From Eledone cirrhosa (taxonomy: Eukaryota), in contig OZ024741.1 of NCBI GenBank assembly GCA_964016885.1, positions 30,628,001 to 30,692,000 of the forward strand: 64,000 bases of DNA, read 5' to 3'. The notes below the pieces were generated by a model. It did not search any database and was not told the DNA's origin. It saw only the letters and a list, made by a program, of their open reading frames with translations. Position 1 is the stretch's first letter; every line of letters starts with the position of its first letter. A program made the position numbers and the translations under genes. Shown piece after piece: positions 1 to 14,300 of this stretch.

Positions 1-27
1 ATTCAAACATCCATACGCTTAGATAAA

Positions 28-79
<52 letters not shown>

Positions 80-861
80 TTTATCTACACAAGTATGTAC
101 GTATGTAAGTATGTAAGTAAGTATGTGTATATAATATAGTCAAATGTATACAGATATATGTACATACATGCATGCTTCCATACCTACATACATACATAGC
201 GGAATTCTTAATATTTATCTTTATTTATTAGCAATGGAAAATTCATACAAATTACTATGCCCATTTCAGAACAAATGGGTATATATAGCCATCAAATAGA
301 TGTTTTCTTCTGGTAGTTTGGATTATATGCACGCCTTCTAATGAGGGAGCAAATAGGTTTGGTAATCAATTAAATATTTTTTCAATTTACAGCGAAATAC
401 GTATTTGTTGCATGTGTACATGCCTATATATTTATATTTATATGCACATTGGAGCAGTTTCTGTAATACATTCGATTAATAATTCTTCTATTATTCTATT
501 ATGTATTCCAAGCGTGAGGATGAGGCAATGCTGCAGCACCGCCACCGATGTATAAAACAAGATCAACATATACAACAACGCTAGAATCACATGTTCTCCA
601 AGAGATGGTGACTTGAATGGACTTGTTTTTTTTTCTCTAAGAATTTTATTATAGTTTCTGCCACAGTCCACGCTCCTATATGATTCTATTTCTTTTTTTC
701 TGATTCCTCTTTCTATTTTCTGATGAAGGACTAGCGTGCAAAACGTTAAGACAATTTCCTTACTATATCATGTGTAAAACTAATAATGTATTTCTTTATT
801 GTACTGTGTCGTTCGCTTTGTTATATCTGTTTGACTTTTGCATATATATATATATATATAA

Positions 862-1473
862 AAGCATGTTTTGAAACAGCGAGCAAGTTTGCGATTAGAA
901 ATTAGAAGCTCTCGCCGTATTTTTGTACTAAAGAAATGTTAGCCTGAAAGTGGGGTTTAGAACCCTCAGAGAAATGAAAAAAGGTGAGTATTGACGTACA
1001 TGGGAGTCGAACCTATATCTTTGGTTATCCAGACCAGTGTGCTACCATTACACCACCACATCACCCATCTCCTTCCATTCAAATTAGAAGCTACATTCTT
1101 AGCAAGTATGATGACAAGTAAGTATGTTTTGAAACAGCGAGCAAGTTTGAAATTAGGAAATAGAAGCTTTCACCGTATTTTTTTACTAAAGAAATTTTAG
1201 CCTGAAAGTGGAGTTTAGAACCCTCACAGAAATGGAAAAAAGATGAGTTTTGACGTACATGGGAGTCGAACCCACATATTTGGTTATCCAAACCACTGTG
1301 CTACCATTACACCAACACATCACCTATTTCCATCCATTCAAATTAGAAGACAACCAAAGATGTGGGTTCGACTACCATGTACGTTAATACTCATCTTTTT
1401 CCATTTCTCTGAGGGTTCTAAACCCCACTATCAGGCTAACATTTTTTTAGTCAAAAATACGGTGAAAGCTTCT
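862..1473. repeat. Tandem (~258-bp unit, ~1.9 copies) plus inverted partial copy, containing a tRNA-like cassette, flanked by (TA)n
   Basis: aagcatgttttgaaacagc at 862 recurs at 1120. 1353-1473 is the reverse complement of about 904-1027. (TA)n lies on both sides. Confidence 0.85.
992..1063 (-). tRNA. tRNA-like (pseudo-tRNA or SINE head), D-arm resembling tRNA-Gln; second copy at 1251-1322
   Basis: Minus strand reads TGATGTG-GTGGTGTAATGGTAGCAC-ACTGGTCTGGATAACCAA-AGATATAGGTTCGACTCCCATG-TACGTCA. It has an A box, a B box, a pairing acceptor stem and a T6 run about 9 nt downstream. Confidence 0.55.
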
Positions 1474-1499
1474 ATATATATATATGTATATATGCAAAA

Positions 1500-1675
1500 G
1501 GCAAGTAGAAATACATAACCAAATGCGGAAACAAAGACGGAAGGCCCATTGTCACAGTGTTAACGACAGAACGTAACGTCGGCACTTTAAGAATCAAGGA
1601 AGCACTTTGGATCAAACGCCTCGGACTACAAATAAATAACCGATCCGAGAGAAGTGAGACGAGATGGCTGGTGTA
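1500..1675 (+). mobile_element. C-terminal GIY-YIG fragment of a Penelope-like element
   Basis: Manual translation VTVLTTERNVGTLRIKEALWIKRLGLQINNRSE resembles the PLE endonuclease end (R.IKEA..I.....IN.R.E). Confidence 0.55.
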
Positions 1676-1976
1676 AACAAACGAAACAGCACACACACAG
1701 TGGCAATCGAACGATTGTTATTGTGTGTATAACGTGTCCACCATCCACCCGATAACAAATAACAATCAGGCAGACTACACATACAACACCACACCTGCCA
1801 GTATGAAATACTGAATATAAGAAATTGACAGCGAAGATGCGTACGCACTGACACATCGCGACCCATTACTTTAGTATATAAGAACTGCCTCGACCTTTGT
1901 CTGACCGCAACTATTCCGCTCACACGTGCGCCCTACAGAGTAGTTCAGTTGTACACACACGGTAGACAACAGAGGC

Positions 1977-4082
1977 CATAAAACAGGCAGTGACCCTGTC
2001 GCGGGACCACCAACACGGCCAGTCTGTGGAGCTAACATTGCTAGTAACTACAGACTGTCCTACTTCCTCTCCCTGATCATACGCCCCATCATCGAAATGT
2101 CCCCAGATGTATGTGACAGCACGGAGGACCTCCTCAGCAGAATCGGCGTGAGTAACCGATCTAGGGACCTAACAAACTGCATAAGAGGTAGTATGAATGT
2201 TGTGTCCCTGTATCCATCTATTGACGTGGATTTTGCTGTGGAGAAATGCGTAGAAATGATCAGTGAGAGCAATGTTGAGTTCCGTGGGATTGATACCAGT
2301 GAGCTGGGACTCCTACTTAAACTTACCTATAGTAATAATTACCTAGACAAATATGACCTTAGCAACCTGTGCCCTACAAGACCAGCAAGAGGCAGACCAC
2401 CTACCATTACCTCAATGGCCAAGAAAACCCACACAGATAGATGGAACGGGTGGACCAGAGTCATACAGACACCCGAAAACCACGATGAACTGAAGAAAAT
2501 GATTGCACATGCGGTAGGGGCCAGCATAAAACTAACCCTTAAGGAACATATGTTCAAATTTAAAGGAAAAACATATGCCAAAGAGGAAGGAGCAACCATT
2601 GGTGTTAGCATTGCAGGCGACATAGCTAACTTATTCATGGTATGGTGGGACAGTAGACTTAAACTTAAGCTTAAAGAACAATTAGAAGACCCCTCAACCC
2701 TGATAATGTACTCCCGCTACGTTGATGATATAAACATCGTAGTTAAGACACCCCTACTAGAGAATAGTCAGAGACTAGAGAAAAAACACAATGGAAAGCA
2801 TCCAGCAAAAAGCTAACTCCATCCACCAGAGCATTAGAGTTACTATAGACTACCCTAGTAAACACCCCAACCATCGATTACCTGTACTAGACACAGAGCT
2901 CTGGTTAGATACCATTAATAACAAAAAACAAATCCTCCATTCCCATTATGCCAAAACAATGACTTCCAAACATCTGATCCACCGAAACTCGGCTGTTTCG
3001 GACCATACCAAAATCAACATACTGATTGCGGATTTGGTACGTGTCCCGCATGTGCAACCCCGAAGAATAGAGAGACACATACAACACTTCATCCACCATT
3101 ATGCAGTTCTCTGGCTACAATCAGAGAGATAAAATCAGAGTGTATAGAGGAGCCAGAACCAAATGGGAAAAAATGGTAAATAATGACATAAATGGGACTT
3201 GCCTCTTGTATAGGAGCAAATTTTGGAATAGAATAGAAAGAACTAGGAACAAGGCTTATAGAATAAACTCATGGTATGATAGCAATAAATACCAGAGTGT
3301 AATGTTCATTGATACAACCCCTAGAGGTGAATCAGCTTACAAATTTAGAAGGGCCCTAAATAAACATAAACTCAATATTAAGATAGTAGAAAGACCAGGT
3401 ACCTCCGTAAAAACACTTATTAGCAAGACATACCCTTTTCAAAGACCCTCATGTATAGATAGGAAATGTATAACCTGTAAAATAAGCCCCCATATTAACT
3501 GTAAAACTAGAAATGTAGTGTATAGCATAAGATGTACTGAAGGACAATGTAGAGACAAAAACATAGTGTACATAGGTAAGACAGCTCGTAGTGTAGGGGA
3601 ACGGATAAATGAACACTGGCGAGACATTCAAGATAGTAAAGAATCATCTGTACACTACCAACATGCTAAAATAGAACACAAGGGTAAATTAGAGAACATA
3701 GAAATAAAAATAGAATCTACACACAGAAAAGACGCAATGTTTAGACAAATTACAGAGGTAATAAACATAAAAGAATTACAACCAAAAGTAAATAGAAAAT
3801 ATGAGTGGAACAGCAACAATACGACTTACAATTAAGGACAAAATGAAAACACACACACACTTAGAACAAACAACCAACCAGTAACATGTAAATAAACAAA
3901 TAAATAAATGAACGTAAACACACACAGACACCCGGATGTGGCGCATGCGCAGACTGAGCACACAGCACACACACAGAAACAAAATGGCGTAGGGCAGAAC
4001 AAAGGAAAGGCACAGAAACAAATAAAGGAATCCCCAGTCACTGAAGAGAGCACAGAGTGTGTGACGAAAGAACTATGACAAT
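1977..4082 (+). mobile_element. Penelope-like retroelement, 5'-truncated and frameshifted (RT + GIY-YIG endonuclease)
   Basis: In-frame HK...PTRPV lies upstream of ORF 2097-2816, which has GSMNVVSLYPSI, GATIG and RYVDD. ORF 2791-3132 has LPVLD and SKHLIHRNSA (thumb). ORF 3101-3835 has a CCHH-type linker and NVVYSIRC..C....YIGKTARS..ER..EH. A hammerhead motif follows. Confidence 0.9.
4037..4079 (+). ncRNA. Minimal type I hammerhead ribozyme motif in the PLE 3' terminal repeat
   Basis: gtca-CTGAAGA-gagcacagagtgtgtgac-GAAA-gaac-TA-tgac; stem I is gtca/tgac. Confidence 0.65.
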
Positions 4083-4231
4083 ATATAAACAACTATCTGG
4101 TTGTGGAACCAACCAACCGACCAGAAATTTAAAAATTTATAAATTTATTATAAATTTATTATAATAAATTGAAGTGAAAGCAACTGGTGCGTGTGTTTCT
4201 TATTGGCAACATGACCCTCCCAAAGTATAAC

Positions 4232-5550
<1,319 letters not shown>

Positions 5551-6654
5551 GTATTATAAATAAGCAGGTGCATATAATTATATGCTATGATTTTTGTATC
5601 CTTACTTAATATTCCTTTCATAAAGATCCGCTTTCCAGCACATTTAACAAGCGTACACATTTTTGTATTCTGTATATAGGAATGGATCGATGCATTGATT
5701 GAAATGTAGATGTATAGATGAGTTTTTGTATCAATACATTTCTCGTCAATTATTCTCCAGATAGTTTATACTGCTTTATATATATAGGCATTGTTGCTGG
5801 TCTTTGCTTGTCTTCTGCGGGGTTTACGGTGTTTTCTAACTGTATGGTTAATGCATGATGATCACCTACATAAGAATATGTAGTGATATCCGTTCAACTG
5901 GAAACATTTTCCGATCATTAGATAAGAAAATGATATTTTTATTACACTGAACATTTCAACAGCCCTTTCAGTTTTTCCAAATTGATTGCGAATATTTTAT
6001 ACTTGCAATAAGCAGGGAAATAAAACAAAACAGGAGAATGTATTGTTCTGCTAAGTATAATTTCAAGCAACGCATGACTCAATCTTTAAAATATTCGAAA
6101 AAGAAAATGAAGCTGAGAGCATTTCATTAATTAAGAAACAGCACTTCGTCATGTAAATGTAAATATAAATAATAGCACTGTAGACTCAAGTGTGCAACAC
6201 TTTACAAATATTTTGTGAATATTATTGTCCAGCTTAAGGATTAGATTCGCATAATTTCACATAAGAAAACTTTATTTAATGAGCATATAAAACGGCCATT
6301 TTATTTCTCTAAAAACTAAGCTATATTATAGTTGTATGATAAATGATTTGTTCGCCATTTGTAATGAATAAAGGCAAGAGTTATTGATTTTTAGATGCTT
6401 CATGAACTATATGATTCTGTATATTTATAATATATAGATTTAACTCTCTTCGGTGATTTGCATTTATCAGCTAGAAGCATCGATTAATAGCAGAAGAGTT
6501 AGAATGTTAGTACACCTTATAATATATATATATATGTAGAATACACACGCATACCAGAAACAGAGAGAGAGAGAGACACACACATATATACATGCGTGTG
6601 TGTGTGTATGTGTGTGCGTGTGTGTGTTTGTTTGTGTATGTGTGTGTGTGCGTA

Positions 6655-6725
<71 letters not shown>

Positions 6726-7589
6726 TTAACATAGATTTTCCAAAGAGCAACGGATGAGAAGTTACATATATATTTCAAACGGAAAGGAATTGTGCAGGAT
6801 TAGAAATATTTCGTCTGAAATCATTAGGAAAATCTTGGATATTTCAAAAAGATGGAGCAAATCTACTCTTGTCTCCATCACTATATATATATATATGTAT
6901 ATATATATATCTGTCTGTTTGTTGGTTTGTATGGATATTCCTGATGATTTCAAACAAATGAAACAGTTCTAGCCCTGTAGAAGCTATTTCTATATTAAAC
7001 ATGTGTCTTACACTCTACTGACATATTGAGTGCCTTTTTGACTGTGTACCTTCGATGTAACGGGTATTTACAAACAGACACACACATACGCCCCACCCCC
7101 CTCCATATCTATATATATATATCATATTAAAGACTTGCCCGTGTATTAGTTAATACTTCTTTGGGATTTCTTTTTCATACTACGTTATTATTATTCTATA
7201 TATATAATTCAGGACAATACTCACCCGCCATATATAAGTCTGTAAAAAGTGCTATTTCATGCTTATCCTGAATATAAGGTGGTGGTAAGGATTAGCTCAC
7301 AACATCGCATTTAAATATATAATGTCATTAAAACAAGAGAATAGTTAGTATAGAATCTTTACTAATTGTACACACAAACATATAAAATAACGATGCACAC
7401 ATGTATACTTATATACCCACATTCCTGTGTATCATATATTATAATACAACACGTAGTATATATTATCATCAGCTTAAACATTAAACTTGGAACAAATACA
7501 AGGTTGTCAGTTCATTGAGGTTCCGTCTTTTAATCGCTCTAAACTTTTCCTATCCTATATTGATATATATTTCTTTTCAGATAAATGAT

Positions 7590-8547
7590 GATATAAAAAT
7601 AACTCAAATGAAGCCTTGAAGGTAGAACATAGTGATTCATATATTGCTTCTTGTTCGTTGTCAAAGTTTGCAAGGAGCTAGGTAACGCTGATGGGGAATT
7701 TATAGCATCAGCCAAACATTAATCGCCTGCTAAGGGTCCAACAGAACACCCACATTTATATGACCGATGCAGCAAATTATAGATACTGAATCCATAAAAT
7801 CAATTACCGTCACTGTAAGGCTTCATCTTACACAACTGGAATAATTGTGCATGAAGCACATCGATATATGTCATGTTGTAAGGACACTTCATGTCTGCAA
7901 ACATAAAAGATAATCATCTGATCTGTGCTTGTGCTTGTTGAGCAAGTTGAAACACTAAAGTATAGAATGATTTTGTTTTATACAAGTAGGAACTTTAATC
8001 AGTACCAAAATATCAACCGTAAGAATGACTGATAGTAATGTGGTGACTTTAAAATTGTTCCAACTGTCATGCATACAATTTTCCGGCAACTGTGATGGTT
8101 CATGGAGTCGGGAACAAGGAGGGAAATGTAATGCCTCTTCATTTCTTTCCTCAGGGTTTAAGGATCGATGCTGCTGATCATAAGGATATGCTGGAAAGGC
8201 TTGCGAAGCCTTGGATAAAGTGTGTGAGAAGAGAAAGACTGTACATCTACTAACATGATGCCTCGTCGTCACACAAAGCAAAGACGACCCATGAATGGAT
8301 GAAGTGCAATCTTCATGACCGTGTCACACCAAAGATATGTCCTTCTAGCATTCCAGTCTTGAATCCATTGAAATACTAATTATATGGCGTAGTTGACAGG
8401 GTTGTCAATGAACGACCCGATAACTATATAGAGTCTCTGGCTACCACAATGTCCAAAATAGATAAAGATCATCCGATTCGTTAATATCTATGTTTAAGCA
8501 TTCGTATTGAGGTAGTCATCGATGCTAATGGTAATTTTATTGAATAG
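7590..8547 (+). mobile_element. Decayed Tc1/mariner transposase (DD37D/maT-like)
   Basis: Manual translation from about 8080: FPATVMVHGV..EGNVMPLHFFPQGLRI...KPWI...HDASSSHKAKTTHEWM...LNPLKY...RIEVVIDANGNFIE*. It contains stops; the 5' boundary is approximate. Confidence 0.8.
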
Positions 8548-9062
8548 GTGCACCAAGAAGGGTCCCAAGATTATTCATGACACTTTTCTTAAAAAGAAGC
8601 ACTTCTTTTATGGCATATGCGTCCTTTATAAAATTCATGCAAAAGTCGTAAACGAACTAAGTAAATCTATAATGAAATATGAGGTACACAATGAAAAACA
8701 TTTCCTCGTTTTCAGAACATTAATTGATTGTATAAACAAAAGATCTTCTAATATCCCAACAATGAAAGAAATATTCAAAAACGCTGTTTTCTAAATAATA
8801 ATAGGTTCAGAAATGAAAATCACTTCATTCGCAAGACTCGAAAGTTTATCAGCAAGAATAGTAAATGTAATATAACATAGTTTAAAACTCCCTTCTTTAT
8901 ATACTATAACAGAACATAATTTAGCTACTATTTGAGTATATCCGTATTAAAACAAAAATATCACTAGTTATTAATCACACCATGATCAATGTCAAATGTT
9001 AATTCAACATTCATATACCTTATCTAAATATCATATCAATCTAAAATTCATAAGAGATGCAT

Positions 9063-9148
9063 GTATATATGTAATGTTTAACGCACTTTAATACAAACCG
9101 TGTATATATGTAATGTTTAACGCACTTTAATACAAACCGTGTATATAT
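9063..9148. repeat. 39-bp tandem duplication
   Basis: gtatatatgtaatgtttaacgcactttaatacaaaccgt occurs twice. Confidence 0.85.
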
Positions 9149-9398
9149 ATATGTTCTTGTATGTATAACATTTATATTATACTCGTGTACACTTGGCAAT
9201 GGATTACCTTGAGTCGAATGCTTGTATGGGCAAAACATTGCCAACCATCCATCTGAAATCTTTAACGCCTGATTTCTCGGTAGATCGATATTTGATCCAT
9301 CTCTCTCCCTGTCATCTCTATTCACATCCCTCACCCTTTCTCTTTCTCTGTATATAAATATATATATAGAGAGAGATATAGAGATAGAGAAATAGCTT

Positions 9399-9497
<99 letters not shown>

Positions 9498-9698
9498 CGA
9501 GAGATGTAACATTCCAACCGTGGCGCCCGTGGGTTGCTGGGCACAGAAGTCGGAACCGCTTGGCGCCGCGATCAGGATTTACACATCATTACATCCACTC
9601 TGCATCTCCTAGTCATAGTACTCCTATGACTAGTGGTCTCCCCAGTCACAGCACCAGAGACTCTCTTTCTCTCCCCCTCTCTATCTTTTCTCCCCCTC

Positions 9699-9765
<67 letters not shown>

Positions 9766-10040
9766 CTTATATTTGGGGAGGGACATATTGTCATCATATT
9801 GTCAGGAATTGGCAATATTATAACAATATGAACCTTCCCAAATATAACAATATTTGTTTCAACACACGATTTCATATTAAAAACCTTGCAAAACAAATAT
9901 ATATATAGTGTGTTACCTTTTCAACATATTGTATTTTAAAGAGCTCAGGATCTCTTCTCCTTTGAGCACATTATTTACAGGGAATAGCGAGGGCCTATGC
10001 CTCCGTTAATTTATCGTGATATATATATATATATATGTGT

Positions 10041-10698
10041 ATATGAATAAAGTGGTCCTTCATCAGTGATCTTCCAACCAGCATCGGTATTTCTTCGCTT
10101 TAAAGACCATATACATCCGGTTGGTGCGAGCAACGGCTAAAGAAAGTCGTTGGGACACGTAAATAAAGGGAACGGCGAAAGTGTAAACAAACAAAGATGG
10201 TGAAGCAACGAAAAATGAGGAAGAACGAGTCAAGTTCGATGAAATCGGGAACGAGAGAGAATAAAGACCATCAAACCTGGTTGAAATGTGAGCACAGGTC
10301 TAACGGGAGGAAGAAGGGGTCTAGTTCGTGAATTCGGTGAACATAAGTTCTGTGAAATCGTAGACGAGAGAGAGAAAAAAGGCGAGCCGGCCTGACCAAG
10401 CGTGCGAAAGAAAAGAATTACGCGCAGGTCAAACGGGAAGAAGGAGGAGGATGAGAGGTAGTAACAGAGAGTGGGTGAGTGAAGGGTGAGAAAGAGGCTA
10501 ACAGAGAGAGTGACTGTTAGAGAGGGTAAAGATACAGAGAAAGAGGAAGCAGTAAGAACGAAATAGACGGGTCACAGCGGGGGAAAAAATATGTGTAAAT
10601 ATGAGAATAAACGTGCTGCGGAGTTGCAAATGGGTTACATATGAATAAAGTGGTCCTTCATCAGTGATCTTCCAACCATCATCGGTATTTCTTCGCTT
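10041..10698. mobile_element. Non-coding partial-tandem element (598-bp period) carrying a pseudoknot motif, inserted in (TA)n
   Basis: 10041-10099 is repeated at 10639-10698. The interior is purine-rich. It is homologous to 53431-54018. Confidence 0.7.
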
Positions 10699-11276
10699 AT
10701 ATATATATATATATATATATGTGTGTATACACCTATCTATCTACTTCTATTTCTATAGCACTCAGCAAAGTGCACTTTTACACACATACACCATCGGCTC
10801 AACATTTTCATTGAACCTTTCCATCTTCATTCTTTCCTCTCTCTTTTTCTTTTTCATTCCCAATTTCACAAATGTTCATCCCAAAATAGTTTCCAATGTT
10901 AATCCACTTTATTACGGAATAGCAAAAAAAGGAAACTTTAATTGAACTTGAATTCTCATCACGTGACAGGAAATGAAATCCTATTGAAATGAAAGAAAAA
11001 TAAATTTACTGAACTGATGTTTCAACCTGTTCAACAGTTCGTATTTTTACATCGATTTCGTTGTTGTTTTTAAATATTGATTATGTTCATTTCTTATTCA
11101 TTATTTTGCGGCTTTTATAAAATGTCTTGCTGGATTAACTGGGACAGGAGCATATAAGTGAAGTAGATGTTGCTATCGACTCTTGCAGTGTGTCATATAA
11201 GGTGCCGACCAACAGAAAGACATGTATGTATATAAACAAACCTTATGAATTATGGAAGCACCGGGAGTGGGAAATT

Positions 11277-11385
11277 TCTTCTTCTTCTTCTTCTTCTTCT
11301 TCTTCTTCTCCTCCTCTTCCTCCTCCTCCTCCTCTTCCTCCCCCTCCTCTTCCTCCTCCTACTCCTCCTCTCTTCCTTCCTCTTA
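11277..11385. repeat. (TTC)n/(CCT)n microsatellite directly upstream of a LINE
   Basis: Directly visible. Confidence 0.9.
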
Positions 11386-11389
11386 TTCT

Positions 11390-14300
11390 AAGTATAATAT
11401 TTGGGCCTTTTGGCCCAAATATTTGAACAATATTTGAACATTTTACTTTTAAAAAATAAAAAAATAAAATACATGGCTGAGCCACGCCCCCCAGCAATAT
11501 GTCTGCTGTCGTGTGACAACGGCGTAAAAGTTGAGAGGAGGTTTACAGAAATTGATACAACAAACACCGCCACAAACAACGTGAACAAAGACAACAACAC
11601 TGAAAATACTAATTTAAAAAATATTACCACACGAATTACAACAATAACAGCGACAACCAAAATACAGACAACAGAAAAAAATGACAACAAATGCAACAAC
11701 GATGTTAACACCGCTAACAAAAAAATAAACAACGACAACACCAACATCAACAATATAAATTGTACCTAAAAACAACAACAATGGGGGAACCAAAGACTAC
11801 AACAGTGATGTGATAACAGCAACCACACCAACAATACCGTTTGTAGCAGTAGCAACAGCAACAGCACCAACAACAACAAGACCAGTAGCAGCAGTAGTGG
11901 CAGCAATAATGGTGCCGAAAAAAGGGCACCTCTTTCGCAGGTGTGGCCCGAAATATAGAGACAGTGTCGCAAGATCCATGGTGAGAAGAACTGACAATAG
12001 AGTTTCCTTGAAACCTCCACCCGGTTTCTTCAAAGACCAGCAGTTGCGCACGGTGACTTACTGCACCGTAAGCAAAATCTCACATCGGGTGGAGAGAGCG
12101 ACGGAGGCTCAAATCCTTGGGGTGCGTCTGGGCGCGCAACAACCACATCACCCAAGGCAAATAGTACGCCACAGTAGACGTACTTTTCGCCACCCACCGA
12201 GAGGCAAAGTCTCACTCTTTGGAAACACTAAAGAGTGAGGACATAGTCTAGGTGCCCTCCTACTCCTGACAGAAAATTGTGAATGTCAAAGTGACCCAGG
12301 TCCTGCCCGACGTGCCCATACCTTAGCTGGCCACGTCTGTACTTGCTGGAATCCAGGAGAAGACCACCATACTGCAAATACAGAGAATGGGAAGAGGGAA
12401 CTGGTCAGGAATAGGCATGCAAATACTAATACATACTGACCAGTAATGCATCGAGGCCATCCCAGATATCATAGATTTCGAGGAAGGACTCCAACTCCCT
12501 ATAAGCGTGGAATGAAGGCGGCCAAAGTGCTATCTCTGTGGGTAGGAGGGTCACCTCAGGGCCTTCTGCCTGCAGAAGACAGCCAAGAAGAGAGACGCCC
12601 TCCTTCCGACGCCTGATCCTCTGCTACCAAGAGCAGGGCAGGCAAGAGAGACAGAAGACCTTTCCATGGCGAGTAGGAGGGCAACGTCCGTGGCACCCAT
12701 ACCAAGGCCACGGACAACTAAAACAGCGGCAGCAGTAGCTACACCGGCGGCAAAATCGCCGTGGCCGGTTCCACTACCACCACCAACAGCAGTGGAGCTC
12801 ATAACCCTCCCAGACGCCACGGAATCCGACATGGAGTATGAGGCGGGAGGGAAGTGGTAAACGGTCTGCACACAAAAAAGAAAAAAGAAAAAAACTCTTA
12901 GCTTCACCCTCCAAAAGCGAAGGTAAACAAAGAGTGGCAAAGGCTGCAAGGAAACTTGCAGCAACACAACCACAATCAACACAACCACCACAAGCATCAC
13001 CAGCAACAACAACCACACCACCACCAGCATCACCAAAAACACCAACATCGCAAACACAACAAATCACACACACCCAACAGCAACAACAAGAAAACAGCTC
13101 CCCCCCCCCCCAAGTACAGAACCATAAACATGGCAAATAAAGAACTCTTACAACCTATAAAGCAGCACACAGACATCACAGACAAAAATTACAACACCCA
13201 TCAACACTAAGAACTCTCCCGAAGAATATAAAGATTATTGAAATCAAAATAGAATATTATAAACTTTTAAAAGAAAAATTCCCCAACGCAGTTGGAGACT
13301 TCAGAAGGTCGGTTACCAAGAGGATATACACCGACATCATCTTGGAAACACCCATGACCAGCCAAAGGGACGGTTCGACTGTTCTTTTCCCACACGATCA
13401 GGGTAGGTGATCCTTTCTCACTTACTCCATTCCTCACCCAACATGACATTACTTAGAATAGGCAGTATAAATGTACGTGGCCTGGGGTCATCTTGGAAGC
13501 AGGGCCACCTGCTTAACGATCTCAGGTTACTAAACATAGATGTGGTGGCCATCAGCGAGACCTGAATTTCCGAAGCACGAGCCTTCGCAGCGATCTTCGG
13601 CGGCTACGATGTATACGCATCTGCCAGCCGTCCAGATCGGGGGGGGGGGGGGGCATTGTGGAGATGGGCAAACCGCATCGGGTCCAGATCGCACTTAGAT
13701 AGGGTATTCTGTAGGGAAACAGAAAAGGCTAGTGTAGGGTGTTCACAATTTAAAGTAGTCGACTACACGGACCAGAAATTTGTGATCTGTGAAGTTAACT
13801 TAGATAGACTCCATAGGCAAGGGCCCGGCTACTTGAAGCTGAACGCGTCGTTCACGGCGCACAAAGCTTACAGGGAACATATTAGCCAATTAGTTAAGCG
13901 TGCATTGACGGGTGCAATCGTCAACAACAGGTGGTGGTTTACCCTGAAAAGGGCTATTAGAGTAGAATCGATAAGGTTTAGCAAAGGAGTAGTGATAGAG
14001 GAAAGTAGTCTAGAGGGAGAGTTAGTTAGAAAGCTAGAAGAGACGTTTAGGACAGGCATCGCAACCGACGTGCTTGCGGCGAGATTGGCACTCGACCAAT
14101 TCTTCCGCAAAACATGAAGGCTGCGTTGTCAGAGCTAGAGCGCGTGCTCGAAAGCCGTTCAATGGGCCCGGATGGTGGAGGCGCAACGTGGCAACAAGTC
14201 CACAATTTGGTCTTTTCCTGATCAAAACGGGCGCATGTTGCTCGAACCCGAGCAGATGTGTGCTGCTCTTCAACAGCATTTTTGCTCAATTGTTCAGGAG

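Noticed and set aside
438-671. 77-aa ORF and other short non-repeat ORFs
   Set aside because: No recognisable domain or splice structure.
992-1063. Functional tRNA gene
   Set aside because: Mismatched T and anticodon stems, identity elements that disagree with the anticodon, and location inside a repeat. Kept only as tRNA-like.
10056-10110. Minus-strand CTGATGA as a hammerhead core in the pseudoknot family
   Set aside because: No stem II plus GAAA follows, and two copies lack the final A.
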